A DNA stretch of 64,000 bases from Callorhinchus milii (taxonomy: Eukaryota), in assembly GCF_018977255.1 (NCBI RefSeq), contig NW_024704742.1:136340001-136404000 (forward strand), in the 5' to 3' direction. The notes beneath the pieces were generated by a model. It searched no databases. It worked only from the letters and a program-made list of their open reading frames with translations, and was not told where the DNA came from. How positions within the stretch are numbered: the first letter of the stretch is position 1; each line of letters opens with the position of its first letter. Below, in pieces: positions 29,415 to 40,640 of this stretch. A program made the position numbers and the translations under genes.

Positions 29415-31721
29415 TTGCACGATGTTTATACAGCTAATGCAATTAATGGAAAGGTCCCTATAAGACAGGTTTGTGGAAATAAAAGTATCAGGTTGTGTGT
29501 ATGATCTGTTGCAAAGATAGAAAATGTAGCTTTAAAATCAGGTGTCAGATGACAAAAGAACTGCTACTAGAAAACTGGTAAAGCACACTTGGAGAAATGA
29601 CAGCAGCTCTAATTTAGGACGTAGATCAGAGCGGTTAGAGAGATTTAACTCAATTGTTTTGAGAATTTATTAATATTAATAATAATCCTTGCATGGATAT
29701 AGAACTTTATCACATCATCAAAGCATCTCAAAGAGCTGTAAAGTGGAGTGACTGTGTTTTGTGGGCAAAACACTCCAGCCATTTGCCATTTACAGATTTA
29801 CAGATTACATCCATTTACAGATCATCAGCCATGATCTTATTGAATGTCGGGGAAGGCTCGAGGGGCAGAATGGTCTACTCCTGCTCCTAATTCTTATGTT
29901 CAATGTCCCACAAACAGTCATGAAGTGAGTGCCCAATTTTATTTGGGGGATTATTGTACAGCACCCTGGGAGAAACTTCTTTTTTTCTTTTTAAATAATG
30001 CCTTGGGATCTTTAACGTCTGCCTGAATAGGCAATTGGTATGAGAAGTGAAATTGGTTTAACGTCTCATATAAAGGATGGCACCTCCGCCAATGCAACAA
30101 CCTCAGCACTGCATTGGAGTGTCAGCTTAGACCATGTGATTTCATAGCCGGATGTGGGGCTTGGACCCACAACCATCATACTCAGAGGCAAGAGTGCTAC
30201 CACTGCGCCTGGCTGACACATAGCTCAGGGATATGCATAGAGTAGAGCAGATACCCCACAGCACATGATGCCAGCGTCCATGTATTGAGAAGCATCCTCG
30301 GTATATTCCAAAGTCGGGTGGGTATTCCAAAGCACAGTTTAACACGTAATGGAGAACCTTTAGTAATACCAAATCTTGTCCCTATCAACTAGAACTGTAC
30401 CTGTTCTTTAGAAGTTTTGCCCACAAAATACAGTCAATCCACTATTCGATATATTCTGTGAAACGCTTTGAGACATCTCAAAGACATGATATAGCAATAT
30501 AGCTATAGCAAATGCAGAGATTATTATTATAAATAGACAAAGAGAACAATTTGTAGGTGAAATAAACAGACGACAACAACAAATTACATTTATATAATTA
30601 CTCCTGCTTATATAATTAATAATAATCCCTCCAAAACCAAAAACAATAATAAAATTGGTCATTTTCAATCTACGACTGTTTGTGGGACATTGCTGTGCGC
30701 AATTGGCTGCCGCGTTCGCCCACAAATATAGTCAATTCACTTTACAGTGTGTTCTATGAAGCGCTTTGGGACGTCCTCCCGACGTGAAAAGCGCTATATC
30801 AAATGCAAGGATTATTATTATTATTATTATATAGCGACTTTCACGTCAGGACATCTCAAGGCGCTGGACAAACAGTGATTTGGACCCACCCAGAGGTTGA
30901 GATCAGGGGGGCAAGAGGGGTGGGGGTAGGAGGGTGAGAAAAGGTGCGGTCTTGAGAAATGCCTTGAAGGGGGTAAGGGAGGAAACAAGGTGAGGATCCT
31001 CAGTCTTGTTGACATTGAACTGTAGAAAGTTAGCTCTCATGCAGGACTTCATGTCTGACAGATATTGTGGCCAGATAGCAGGGGTCCTGGAGTCGAGGGC
31101 GGAGGCAGAGTTAGATAGAGTTACGTATCATCCGCATACTTGGACCGCATGTTTCAGATGATGTTACAAAGTAGGAGCACGTAGATATTGAAGAGGAGAG
31201 GACCAACGCAGAGCCCTGAGATGGTGCGGCGGCTGGAGGAGAAGCCATTTGTGTAGACAAAGTGGAGACAGTGCGGAAATGTAGGATCTGAACCATTCAA
31301 GGACAGAACTGTGAAGGTTGAGGTGAGAGGTGGTGGTGGAGGACAGAATGGTCAACAGTGTCAAAGGCAGAAGAAAGGGCAAGGCTAATGAGGAGGCCGA
31401 GGGAGCCCTGATCGCAGATGGACAAAATGCCATTTGTCATTTTGACCAAGGCCATTTCTTGCTGTGGGCAGCACGGAAACCTGATTGGAGGATTCGTGAG
31501 GAACGTGGCGGAAGAGGAAGGAACCAAGCTGGGAAGCAACGACTCATTCCCGAACTTTGGAAAGGGAGGATGGAGATGGGGTGGGGACAAGACAAACAAG
31601 TTCAACTAAACACATCTTATAATCTCTTTAGTCTAGTTTTCAGTATTTTTTACAAAAATAAACTGGAATATACAAACATTTTAGACAAAATCATTAACAT
31701 TTCAGGGAGTCTGCTACTTAC

Positions 31722-31856
31722 GTGGGAATCTGGTTGAATTCCTCGATCACAAGGAACTCCATCCCTCGAACAAATTGCTTGGGTTTGGTGGAATTCTTTG
31801 TGTGTTCTGGTTTATCAGGATCCGGTTGCACTGCTTCAGTTTTCTGGGTTGCTGAG
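31722..31856 (-). CDS. SKA1: SKA1 coding exon 4 (135 nt); not shown in this frame in the ORF track
   Basis: Hand translation SATQKTEAVQPDPDKPEHTKNSTKPKQFVRGMEFLVIEEFNQIP(T) resembles human ...EMPFITCDEFNGVPS; CTCTAG acceptor, GTAAGT donor, phases consistent. Confidence 0.9.
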
Positions 31857-33114
31857 CTAGAGATACAAGCACAGGATGACAAATAGTAGATGGTGCAGAT
31901 GGCAATGTGTGGAGATGGAAGGGATGCTTATGATTTTGGACAAAATGAGATAACGAGATAACAAAAAGAATAACTTTGAACCCTAGATCTGATGCAGGTT
32001 TAAGAGTTGCACTGCTGATAAAACAGACCATTTAGCCACTTGTTAAAGAAAAAAATTAATGCAGCACTTTTACATTTTTACAAATATTTCAAGTGTTCTT
32101 TACAATAAGTATTGTGAAGTTTGGAGACTACTTTTCGGGAGGGATTTTTGCAAGAGCTAAGGACCTACAAACAAACAGCCTAAAGTGCTTAAATTGCTTA
32201 ATATGGAGGAGGATTGTTGGCAAGACACTGGTAGTAGACTCCCTTGTAGTTTCCAATTTAATCTTGGGATCCTTAATATTTATCTGAACAAGCATTGGTT
32301 TAACATCTAATGTTCAAGTGCTCTGAGACGTTACCCGTGTAGCATGATGGGTGCTATACATAAAGGCAAGTTGTTGTTGTAGTAAAGGACAGCATTTAAT
32401 ATTATTCAACATTTAAAGGACAGCAACTCCAACAATGCACTCACCAGTATCGTATTGGAATGTGGGGCTTTGAACTTTCTGAGCCATGAGCTCTATCTGA
32501 CCAATATTCCTACCTAATTCCAGATTTGAAAAAAATGCAGACCACTTGGTATTTTCGTAATTTAAGTAACTACATTAGTTTATAACTAATATAATAACTA
32601 TACTAGTTAAAAAGCCCAAATTAACCAAATGATCCCTTTAAGGGGTAACGTAAACCTTTTCCAAATAGAGTAGTGAAATCCTTTACAGGATCAAGCAACT
32701 CAGCCTTCGATAACTGACTGAGGCCAATGTCTCACTAACAGTATTATAAACCAGGAGCATAAAAAATAAACTGACTTCCGGTTTGCCGTTGAAATTTGTC
32801 AGATGCGCTGCCTTCAGAGGGCGCAGAAAGTTACGCGTGCATAGGAGGAAGTGACATCAACGACACTTTCTATGCATATCTTGCAGAAAATGATAACAGC
32901 GGCAACCTGGTGATCTGGAAGTCAGACCTTGGCTAGTCAGAACCAGAAGCATGGTGCTTGCTTTTGCACAGTAGATCTTCACTATATCGAAGGACGCTTA
33001 TAACTGAGACCTCCTGTATTTCCCGCTGAATAATATTTCTACTGGATTAGGAACAGTTATGACAAACACATTCACGTACTACACAATCATCTCTTGTATG
33101 AGATCTCGACATAC

Positions 33115-33209
33115 CTGGTTGGAGCAGCTTTCTTTGGTAGATGAGATGGGACATTTTCTACGAGGTGCTGTGCTGTTTTATGAGTTTCATCAACTGAATT
33201 TCTGAGATC
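33115..33209 (-). CDS. SKA1: SKA1 coding exon 3 (95 nt); not in the ORF track
   Basis: DLRNSVDETHKTAQHLVENVPSHLPKKAAPT(S) contains the conserved ENVPSHLP; TTCTAG acceptor, GTATGT donor. Confidence 0.92.
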
Positions 33210-34341
33210 CTAGAATAATCAAATCATTGAACGTCAAAAATTGGGCAAAACTAATGGACTGTCAACTGTTATAATAATAATTATTGCATTTGATATAACC
33301 CCTTATCAAGTCTTTGAGACATCTCAAAGCGCTTCACAGAATATATTGTAAAGTGAATTGACTGTATACTTTGTTGGAAATACACAACAGCCAATTGCGC
33401 ACAGTAGTGTCCTACAAACAGTTGTGGACTGAGTATCCAAATTATTTTTTTGATTAAGGGTTTATTATCCCCAGAAAAAGCAATCTGCTAATTGACTAAC
33501 AACCGGGTTCCTACTTACTGCTAGGTAAATGGAGAGTGTGGAGTAAGGAAACTTGCCTAAGGTTTTCCTGACAGGGAACCAAACTCGGAACCTCTCGCTT
33601 GTGAGTGCGCTGAACAATATGCTACAGGTCCACAAGTAGTAGTGCCATGGGATCTTTAAAATCCACCTGAAGCAAGGTTTAACATCTCATCCGGAGGTTA
33701 TCATCTCCAACAATGCAGCACATCCCAGCAATACTTGAGTGTTAGCCTAGATTATTTGAGTTTGAAGTCCTGATGTGGGGCGAACCCACAACCTTCTGAT
33801 TCAGAAGTGAAAGTGCTACCAACTGAGCCAGACTGATACCTAATTTATCTCAATCTGCCTCCCTTAAAGCAACATCTGGATACTATTTCTAGCCAATTAA
33901 AAGATGCTTTATTCTACTCTCCATTGGTCTTGAATCCAACACACCAAGCAAAAGTTTCACAGAAGCCCATTGTCCAAAAGCTGCGAGTGTGTTCAGATCT
34001 AAATTTAGTTATAATTATCACCTGAAATTTTGTCTCTTCATAACAGATACACTGTGAAAATGCACATTAAATTGGTTAGGAAATGTTGTAAATTTCCCGC
34101 CCCCCACCCCCACCTTTTGATTCTATAAACAACAACTTGCACTTATATAGCGCCCGTCCCCCACTCAGGGCAATGTTTAACAGTGGCGGAACCTGATTCC
34201 GAGCTGGAAGGAGGTCGGTGACCAGAGTGAAACATAAAATGAAAGATAAGACACTACAGTTCACAGATACAACATACAATAACCAGAAAAACGTAGGACA
34301 TTTTGGAGAAGTTCCAGTGAATGGAATATGAAGGATTTTAC

Positions 34342-34466
34342 CTTGATAACTTTCAGGTCAGTTTTCTGTCGCAGTATCTCTGCCTGAAATGTATCTAACA
34401 GATACCAGATGTCAGATAATTCTTGCTCAATCTTCTGCAGCACTTTTGTCTGAGAAGGATCATAAC
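34342..34466 (-). CDS. SKA1: SKA1 coding exon 2 (125 nt)
   Basis: (G)YDPSQTKVLQKIEQELSDIWYLLDTFQAEILRQKTDLKVIK, coiled-coil-like; TTAG acceptor, GTAAAA donor. Confidence 0.9.
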
Positions 34467-35029
34467 CTAATGACAGAAATGTTGGGATTGTGTATAAGGA
34501 AGGAGTCATCTTGCCTCAGTTCATAATACTGGTATCTTGGTCAATGTGGATTCAAACTCCATGTCATGAGCTCAAGTTCTAGGCTGACACTCCCAACAGT
34601 AGTGTGGGGGATCTGTTGTCAGAAGTTCAGTCTTTCAGATGAGATCCTGTCTGCCTCTTCAGGTGGATGTGAAAGATTCCATAACATTATTGGAAAAGAG
34701 AAAGGAATTTCCTCCAGAGTCCTGGTCAAAAATCCTAACCTAATGGTTGCTTGTGAAATTTTGTACACAAATACAGTAATTAATGAAGCGTTCTTTGAGA
34801 AGGAAAATGTACATTATGGCACCGTAATTACATAACAGTAATAACATAACAGTAATAATGAAAATGTTCCTTCTTACCATATTAGATAATCTCTGAAGCT
34901 GAAGAGCCCAAGTTTATTTTTAAAAACTAAAGGGATTAAGGGATATGGGGATAGGGCGGGTAAATGGAATTAGGTTACAATGTAAAGCATCACAAACAGG
35001 TCAATCTGCATTGTCCTACTGTTTATCAT

Positions 35030-35550
35030 AGGAACAGGAGTAGGCCATTCAGCCCATTGAGCCTGTTCCACCATTCTATAAGATCATGGCTGATCTGTAC
35101 CTCAAGTCCATTTACCTGTCCTTGTCTCACATCCCTTGATAATAATAATCGTTGTATTTGATATTGCGCATCATCACAACTTTGAGACTTCTCAAAGATA
35201 TACTGTAAAGTGAGTTGACTGTATATTTTGTGGGCGAAACGTGGCAGCCAATTGTGCACAGCAATTGATACCCTTATCTTACCCCACAAATATCTATCCA
35301 CCTCAGTCTCGAAAATGTGAATGGATCCAGCATCCACAGCCTTTTTGGTGGGGAGAGAGTTCCAAATTTCCACTGCACTTTGTGTGAAAATCTGCCTCCT
35401 GATTTCACTCCTAAATGGCCTAGCTCTAATTCTAAGATTAATCCCCCTTGTTCTGGATTCCCTCACCAGTGAAAAAGTTACTCTGTAGCTGCCCTATCGA
35501 ATCCCTTTATTATTTTAAAACCTCAATTTAGATCCACCCTCAACCTTCTA
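35030..35550 (-). mobile_element. CR1-clade LINE 3' fragment interrupted by a SINE tail (~35140-35268)
   Basis: SRTRG...FTQSAVEIWNSLP peptide and tail GGGCTGAATGGCCTACTCCTGTTCCTATG; a related fragment lies near 54975-55290. Confidence 0.85.
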
Positions 35551-36460
35551 AAAGGGATTGAAGCAGTAGAAGGGGGTGGAGGGGAAGGTCACATTGACTC
35601 TCAAAGGTACCGGATCAGCTTTGTGGTGCAGCTTTCTCAGATTCCACCTGTGGAGATGTTCCCTGTAACAGTCTCCTTAATTGGAGAACGCAGTCAGCGC
35701 AGTATGAAACAGTATGAGGCCGGACAAGCACAGAGAGAACACAATATTTAAAATCAATTAACTTTGCATAACGATCCAGCTCATAAAAAACTCCACAATT
35801 TAACTGGCTTAAGTCAACTTTAATATGGTATTCGACAAAGCAGCTCAGAAATGCTGCCACCCACAAGGTGGCAGCTTCAAAAGGAGCTGAAGGCTGGCTC
35901 AATAGCTTTCACAAACTGATTTGGGGCCAACTGGTTTGTCAAATAATAATAATAATCCTTGCATTTGCCTTGTCACATCATTGAGATATCTCAAAGCCCT
36001 CCACAGAATATATTGTAAAGTGAATTGATCGTATATTTTGTGATCAAAACACAGCAGTCAATTACACACAGCAGTGTCCCACAATCAGCCGTGGATTCTT
36101 TTTAAAAAAAGGGATTATTACCCCGCAAAGCTATCTGCTAATCAACTAACAACAGATAGCTACTTACTGTTAGGTAAACAGAGATGCGTGGAGGAAAGAA
36201 GCTTTCCTAAGGTTTCACTCTACCGGGAATCAAACCCAGGTCCTTTTGTTTGCGTGGCGAGTGCTCCACCAAATTACTACAGGACTCCAAAGCCTGGGAA
36301 GGGGGAGGGTGTAGGGCAATGGGGAATGACATACAGCTTCCCCTTGAAGCAGCAATACCTTTCGATAAATGAAACACACTTTCCAATCTGGGACTTACTC
36401 AGTCTGTCATTTTTCTGACAGTGTAAAAACGAAGGCCTGCCATTTCCCATGAGTATGCGT

Positions 36461-36783
36461 GGAGTCCTGTGGCTCAGTGGTTAGAGCACTCGCTTTACAA
36501 GCGAGATACCCGAGTTCAATTCCAGGCAGAGGGCGAAACCTTGGGCAAGTTTCCTTACTCCAAACAGAGCCTAATAATAATCCCTCCAAAAAACAAAACA
36601 ATAATAAATTGGTCATGTTCAATCCACGACTGTTTGTGGGACATTGCTGTGCGCAATTGGCTGCCGCGTTCGCCCACAAATATACAGTCAGTTCACTTTA
36701 CAGTCTATTCTGTGAAGCGCTTTGGGACGTCTAGAAGACGTGAAAAGCGCTATATCAAATGCAAGGATTATTATTATTATTAT
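36461..36783 (+). mobile_element. Young tRNA-derived SINE with partial Deu domain and (ATT)n tail, full-length short subfamily (reference copy)
   Basis: A box TGGCTCAGTGG, B box GAGTTCAATTCC, Deu-like GCTGTGCGCAATTGGCTGCCGCGTT, 3' AAGCGCTTT...AAAAGCGCT stem and ATT tail. Confidence 0.92.
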
Positions 36784-38080
36784 GCACTTGCCAATTTTCA
36801 CCTCCAAAACTCAATGGCAATTCTTTTCACAATAGTGAAAACACAAAAATGAGGACAAAAGATGTTTAACAGAGAGCCCTTGAAATGGCAATGAATCAAC
36901 TTGTTGTCTCCTGTGTGAGCTGCGATTTCTAAAGTTCATCAAAATGCCATCACATCTGCCATCTATTCAAATTCTCCTATTGTATTTGCAGACACAGATG
37001 TATTAAATAAACTAAAGGCCTTTTGTATCACATACTGGCTCAGTTTGCAACACTCTTGCCTCTGAATCAGAAGGTTTGTGATTCAAACCCAATGATGGAT
37101 TTTGATAAATAATAGATACGTGCATTTGAATAAATAATAAAGATCCTTGCACCTTATCACATAGCTGAGACATCTCAAAGCACTTCACAGAATATACTGT
37201 AAAGTGAATTGACTCTGCATCTTGGGGGAGAAACAGCTCAGCACAAAAAGTCAGATTGAGTATCGAAATAATATCTTTTTGGAGGAGAGATTACTACCCC
37301 AACAACCCAGTTCCTACTTACTGCTAAGTAAACAGAGGCATGTGGAGTAAGGAAATTTGCCTAAAGTTTTGCCCCAGGTACTCTCGCTTGCAAAGTGATG
37401 TCCTCCCGACGTGAAAGGCACTCCATAAATGTAATTTTGTTTTGTTGCTGTGAGCGTGCTAACCAATATGTTACAAGATTCTTGTGGATAACTAATTTTA
37501 TAGTTCAGGCTGGCTCTTCAGTGCAGTACTGAGGGATCATTACATTATCAGATGTGTGCTTTTCACCACATCAGGCTTCACTATCCTCCCATAGTGAAAA
37601 GGGCTGTATAACAACAACAACCTGCATTTATATAGCAACCCTCAGGGATTTTAGTGTCACAGAGCTCTTGACAGTGGGGGGGGAGCATGACACGATGTGG
37701 TGGGGGGAGGGCTGTAGGCACCGTCAAATAGGAAGATCTTCAGGAGCGACCTGAAGATGGGGAAGCAAGGGGAAAGGCAGAGGGATAGAAGAAGAGTGTT
37801 CCAGAGTTTCAGAAGTGTGGCTACCAATGGTGGAATGGAGGGCACGAGTGACTTTCAGGAGGCCAGAGACAGTCGAGTGGAGGCTGTGCGTAAGCAGGTC
37901 GGAGAGGTATGGAGGTGGCAGAGCATGAAGGGATTTGAAAATCAGTGTGAGGGTCTTGAAATTGATCCGTCCGGCGATAGGCTAGAACTTGTGTAATGGG
38001 AATACAGAGTTTAGTACAGGTGAGTATGCAGGCTGCAGAGTATAATTGTAAATAGTTTTTGTTCTTGTAGTTAAACTCAC

Positions 38081-38168
38081 CCATTTTCTTCAGTTGTAGG
38101 GACCTTTTAATCAAAGATATCTTGTTGTTCATGTGAACTGATAAATCCTGCAAATCCGTCGAGGTCAT
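38081..38168 (-). CDS. SKA1: SKA1 first coding exon (88 coding nt; exon probably starts at 38201)
   Basis: MTSTDLQDLSVHMNNKISLIKRSLQLKKM(G) resembles human MASSDLEQLCSHVNEKIGNIKKTLSLRNC; GTGAGT donor. The six exons sum to 762 nt, i.e. 253 aa plus stop. Confidence 0.93.
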
Positions 38169-40073
38169 CCTTAGCAAATCAGGACAGCTCTTCAACCAAA
38201 TCTAACAACATCAAATCAAATGGCTTAGTATGGGAATTTACCTCATTGGCGCATTCTGCTCTACAGTGATATACTTCTTAAGCATTTGTAAAGAGGCAAC
38301 TGTCCACCTCTCAGATAGTCTACAGCTCTGGCTAAAATCCATTGAGAACAAAGACTGGCCAAAAATAGTGCAATAAATAGAGGGTGAAAAACTGAATATT
38401 CTATGTCATAACACCCAAAAGTACGATCTAAACCTGCCTTTAATTATTGCACATGTGTACAATTGGCTGCCGAGTTTCGCCCACAAATATTCAGTCAATT
38501 CACTTTACAGCATATTCTGTGAAATGCTTTGGGACGTCTAGAAGACGTGAAAAGCGCTATATCAAATGCAAGGATTATTATTATTAAGAACATATTGCAT
38601 ATAATATAATAATAGTACTAACATTTAATATAGTGCCTTATCACTTTGGTGAGACATCTCAAAGCGCTTCACAGACTGGGCATTTGTGATCAAGATTATA
38701 ATTACAGTATTATACACACACATAATATAAACACACACACATATCTCTCCCTATATAATGTACATATAATATCTATACACTTTATTGTGATAATTAGTGT
38801 CCTAAAAACATGAAAGCATGGCCATTTGCGCTTCTTTCCGGATCACTGTTGTTGTTAGCGAGTTCCACCGTGCATTATACTCAGGAATCAGGTCAATAAG
38901 CCCCTTTCTTCGCAAACCATTGAGGGAATCAGGGAGTCAGTATACCAGGGATCTACTGTTCCATTCAAGCGAATGGCGTACTGATTGATGTCCACTACAA
39001 AAGCTGCAATGATGCGTTAGATGTGCAGGGTGAGATATATAGCTCCTTGGGCTCACAGAAACCTGGCTGTCCCAGTGACTCCACCCCCCTCATCAAAACC
39101 TCCCGCCTGGTCACACCTTACACCCCCGACTGCCCCCGTCTCCCAAATCTCCCTCGGTTCATTCCCCTATTCCTCCCGCTCCTTCATCTCCTTCAAGCAC
39201 TTCACCCATTACCAACTCCTGCTCTCTCGCTCTCTCTCTCCATCAAAATCTTCCTAGTCCGCACCGCACCGCCCCCACAAAACCTTCCTCTCAAACAGCC
39301 CATCTTTGTGTTACATTTCTCAGGAATAAATTGGGGTGATTTAAATTTAAGGTCATGTAGTACGACTTCAATGCCACAGGATGGCACAAGCATCCTATAT
39401 ATAATCACACCCACAGAGCAAGCGTTCCCAAAGGCACAGCACTTGCCCACGCAAGCGGCCAATATTTTGTGTGCAAAATTTTGTGTATTTTATTCCTATG
39501 CCCAGAAGTTCCATCACTCGAGAGTTTCACCTCCAAGTCGGAAAGTGGTGGGTTGAAGCCCACCCGCGCGCGCGGGCGGCGGCTTTGAGCTCACGGTCCA
39601 GGGCTGACGCTCCAGTGCCGTGTTAAGGTCAATAATAATCCCTCCCAAAACTATAATAAATTGGGTCATTTTCAATCCGCGGCTGTCTGCGGGGGCACCG
39701 CTGTGCGCCATCGGCTGCCGCGTCCGCCCACAAATATACAGTCAATTCACTTTACAGTGCGTTCTGCGAAGCGCTTCGCGCGCAGCGGTGTCCCCACAGA
39801 CAGTCGTGGATTGAAAATGACCCAATTTATTACAGGTTTTTTTTTGTGTGGGGGGGGGGGAGGGAGGGGAGGGCTCGTTATTTATTAATAACATTATTAT
39901 TGTTCGTTTGCTTTGAAGGGTTTAATTAATTAATTTGGAGTGTGGGGAGGGGGGGGGGGACCTGCCTGAGGTACCTCTTGGCTGTTTGCTCTCCTCTTGG
40001 GGACATGTGGGTGACTTTTACCTTCTAAAATCACTCAGTAACGCTGACCAAAGCCTCTCGGGCTTTTCCTTAC

Positions 40074-40140
40074 CTTTCTGACGCGAGGCCCCGGTCTCAG
40101 GTCCCGCTCGACTCTCGCAGCCGTTAACGGTCGTCCTCGC
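40074..40140 (-). other. SKA1: Putative SKA1 non-coding exon 1
   Basis: Strong minus-strand donor AAG|GTAAGG at 40074/40073 inside the CpG island, just downstream of CHR/E2F motifs. The 5' end is approximate. Confidence 0.65.
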
Positions 40141-40640
40141 TTCAAACATTTGAATCTTCCCGCCCAGTCGGGCTCGCGCCGCGGGGGGGGGGGGAGGGGG
40201 GCGGGGGGAACGACGACAGCCAATCAGCGGCCGCCGCGCGCAGAGGGCGTGACCCGAGCGAGTGAGGGGCTGGGACGAGGGAGAAATTATTTTTAACTCG
40301 TCTTGAAATTAACTTCAGGTCCGACCATTCGATTTGAAATGGACCTGAAAGATTTTTGTCCCCTCCAGAAGAGGGAAATGACTGACTTTGGGCGGCGTGA
40401 CGACGGCGGGGCGGCCCAGCTGCCATGGTGACGGGGCTTTCATCGCGTCCACGCAGCCGGTTCTCGCGATAACTCGCGGTTGCCATGGCGAGGCGACCTG
40501 GTTGCCATGGAGAGGACGCGCTCCCTGAACACCCCCCCTCCCCACACACACACACACACCACATCGCCTCCCCCCGCCCCACTCCTCTTCGGTCTCTGGC
40601 GTTGGCTCCAGGGCTCGGATTAGAGCAAGAGGGGCAGAAA
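40080..40640. promoter_or_regulatory. CpG-island bidirectional promoter shared by SKA1 and CFAP53
   Basis: CHR hexamers TTCAAA 40141-40146 and TTTGAA 40149-40154; E2F-like TTCCCGCC 40157-40164; AGCCAATCAG (CCAAT 40220-40224); GC boxes; X-boxes at 40419-40432, 40479-40492 and 40501-40514; TCTCGCGATA 40462-40471. Confidence 0.85.

Noticed and set aside
36461..36535. tRNA-like sequence with A/B boxes and an anticodon arm (TGC in most copies)
   Set aside because: It is the head of a multi-copy SINE, has no proper acceptor stem, and the anticodon varies between copies; not a tRNA gene.
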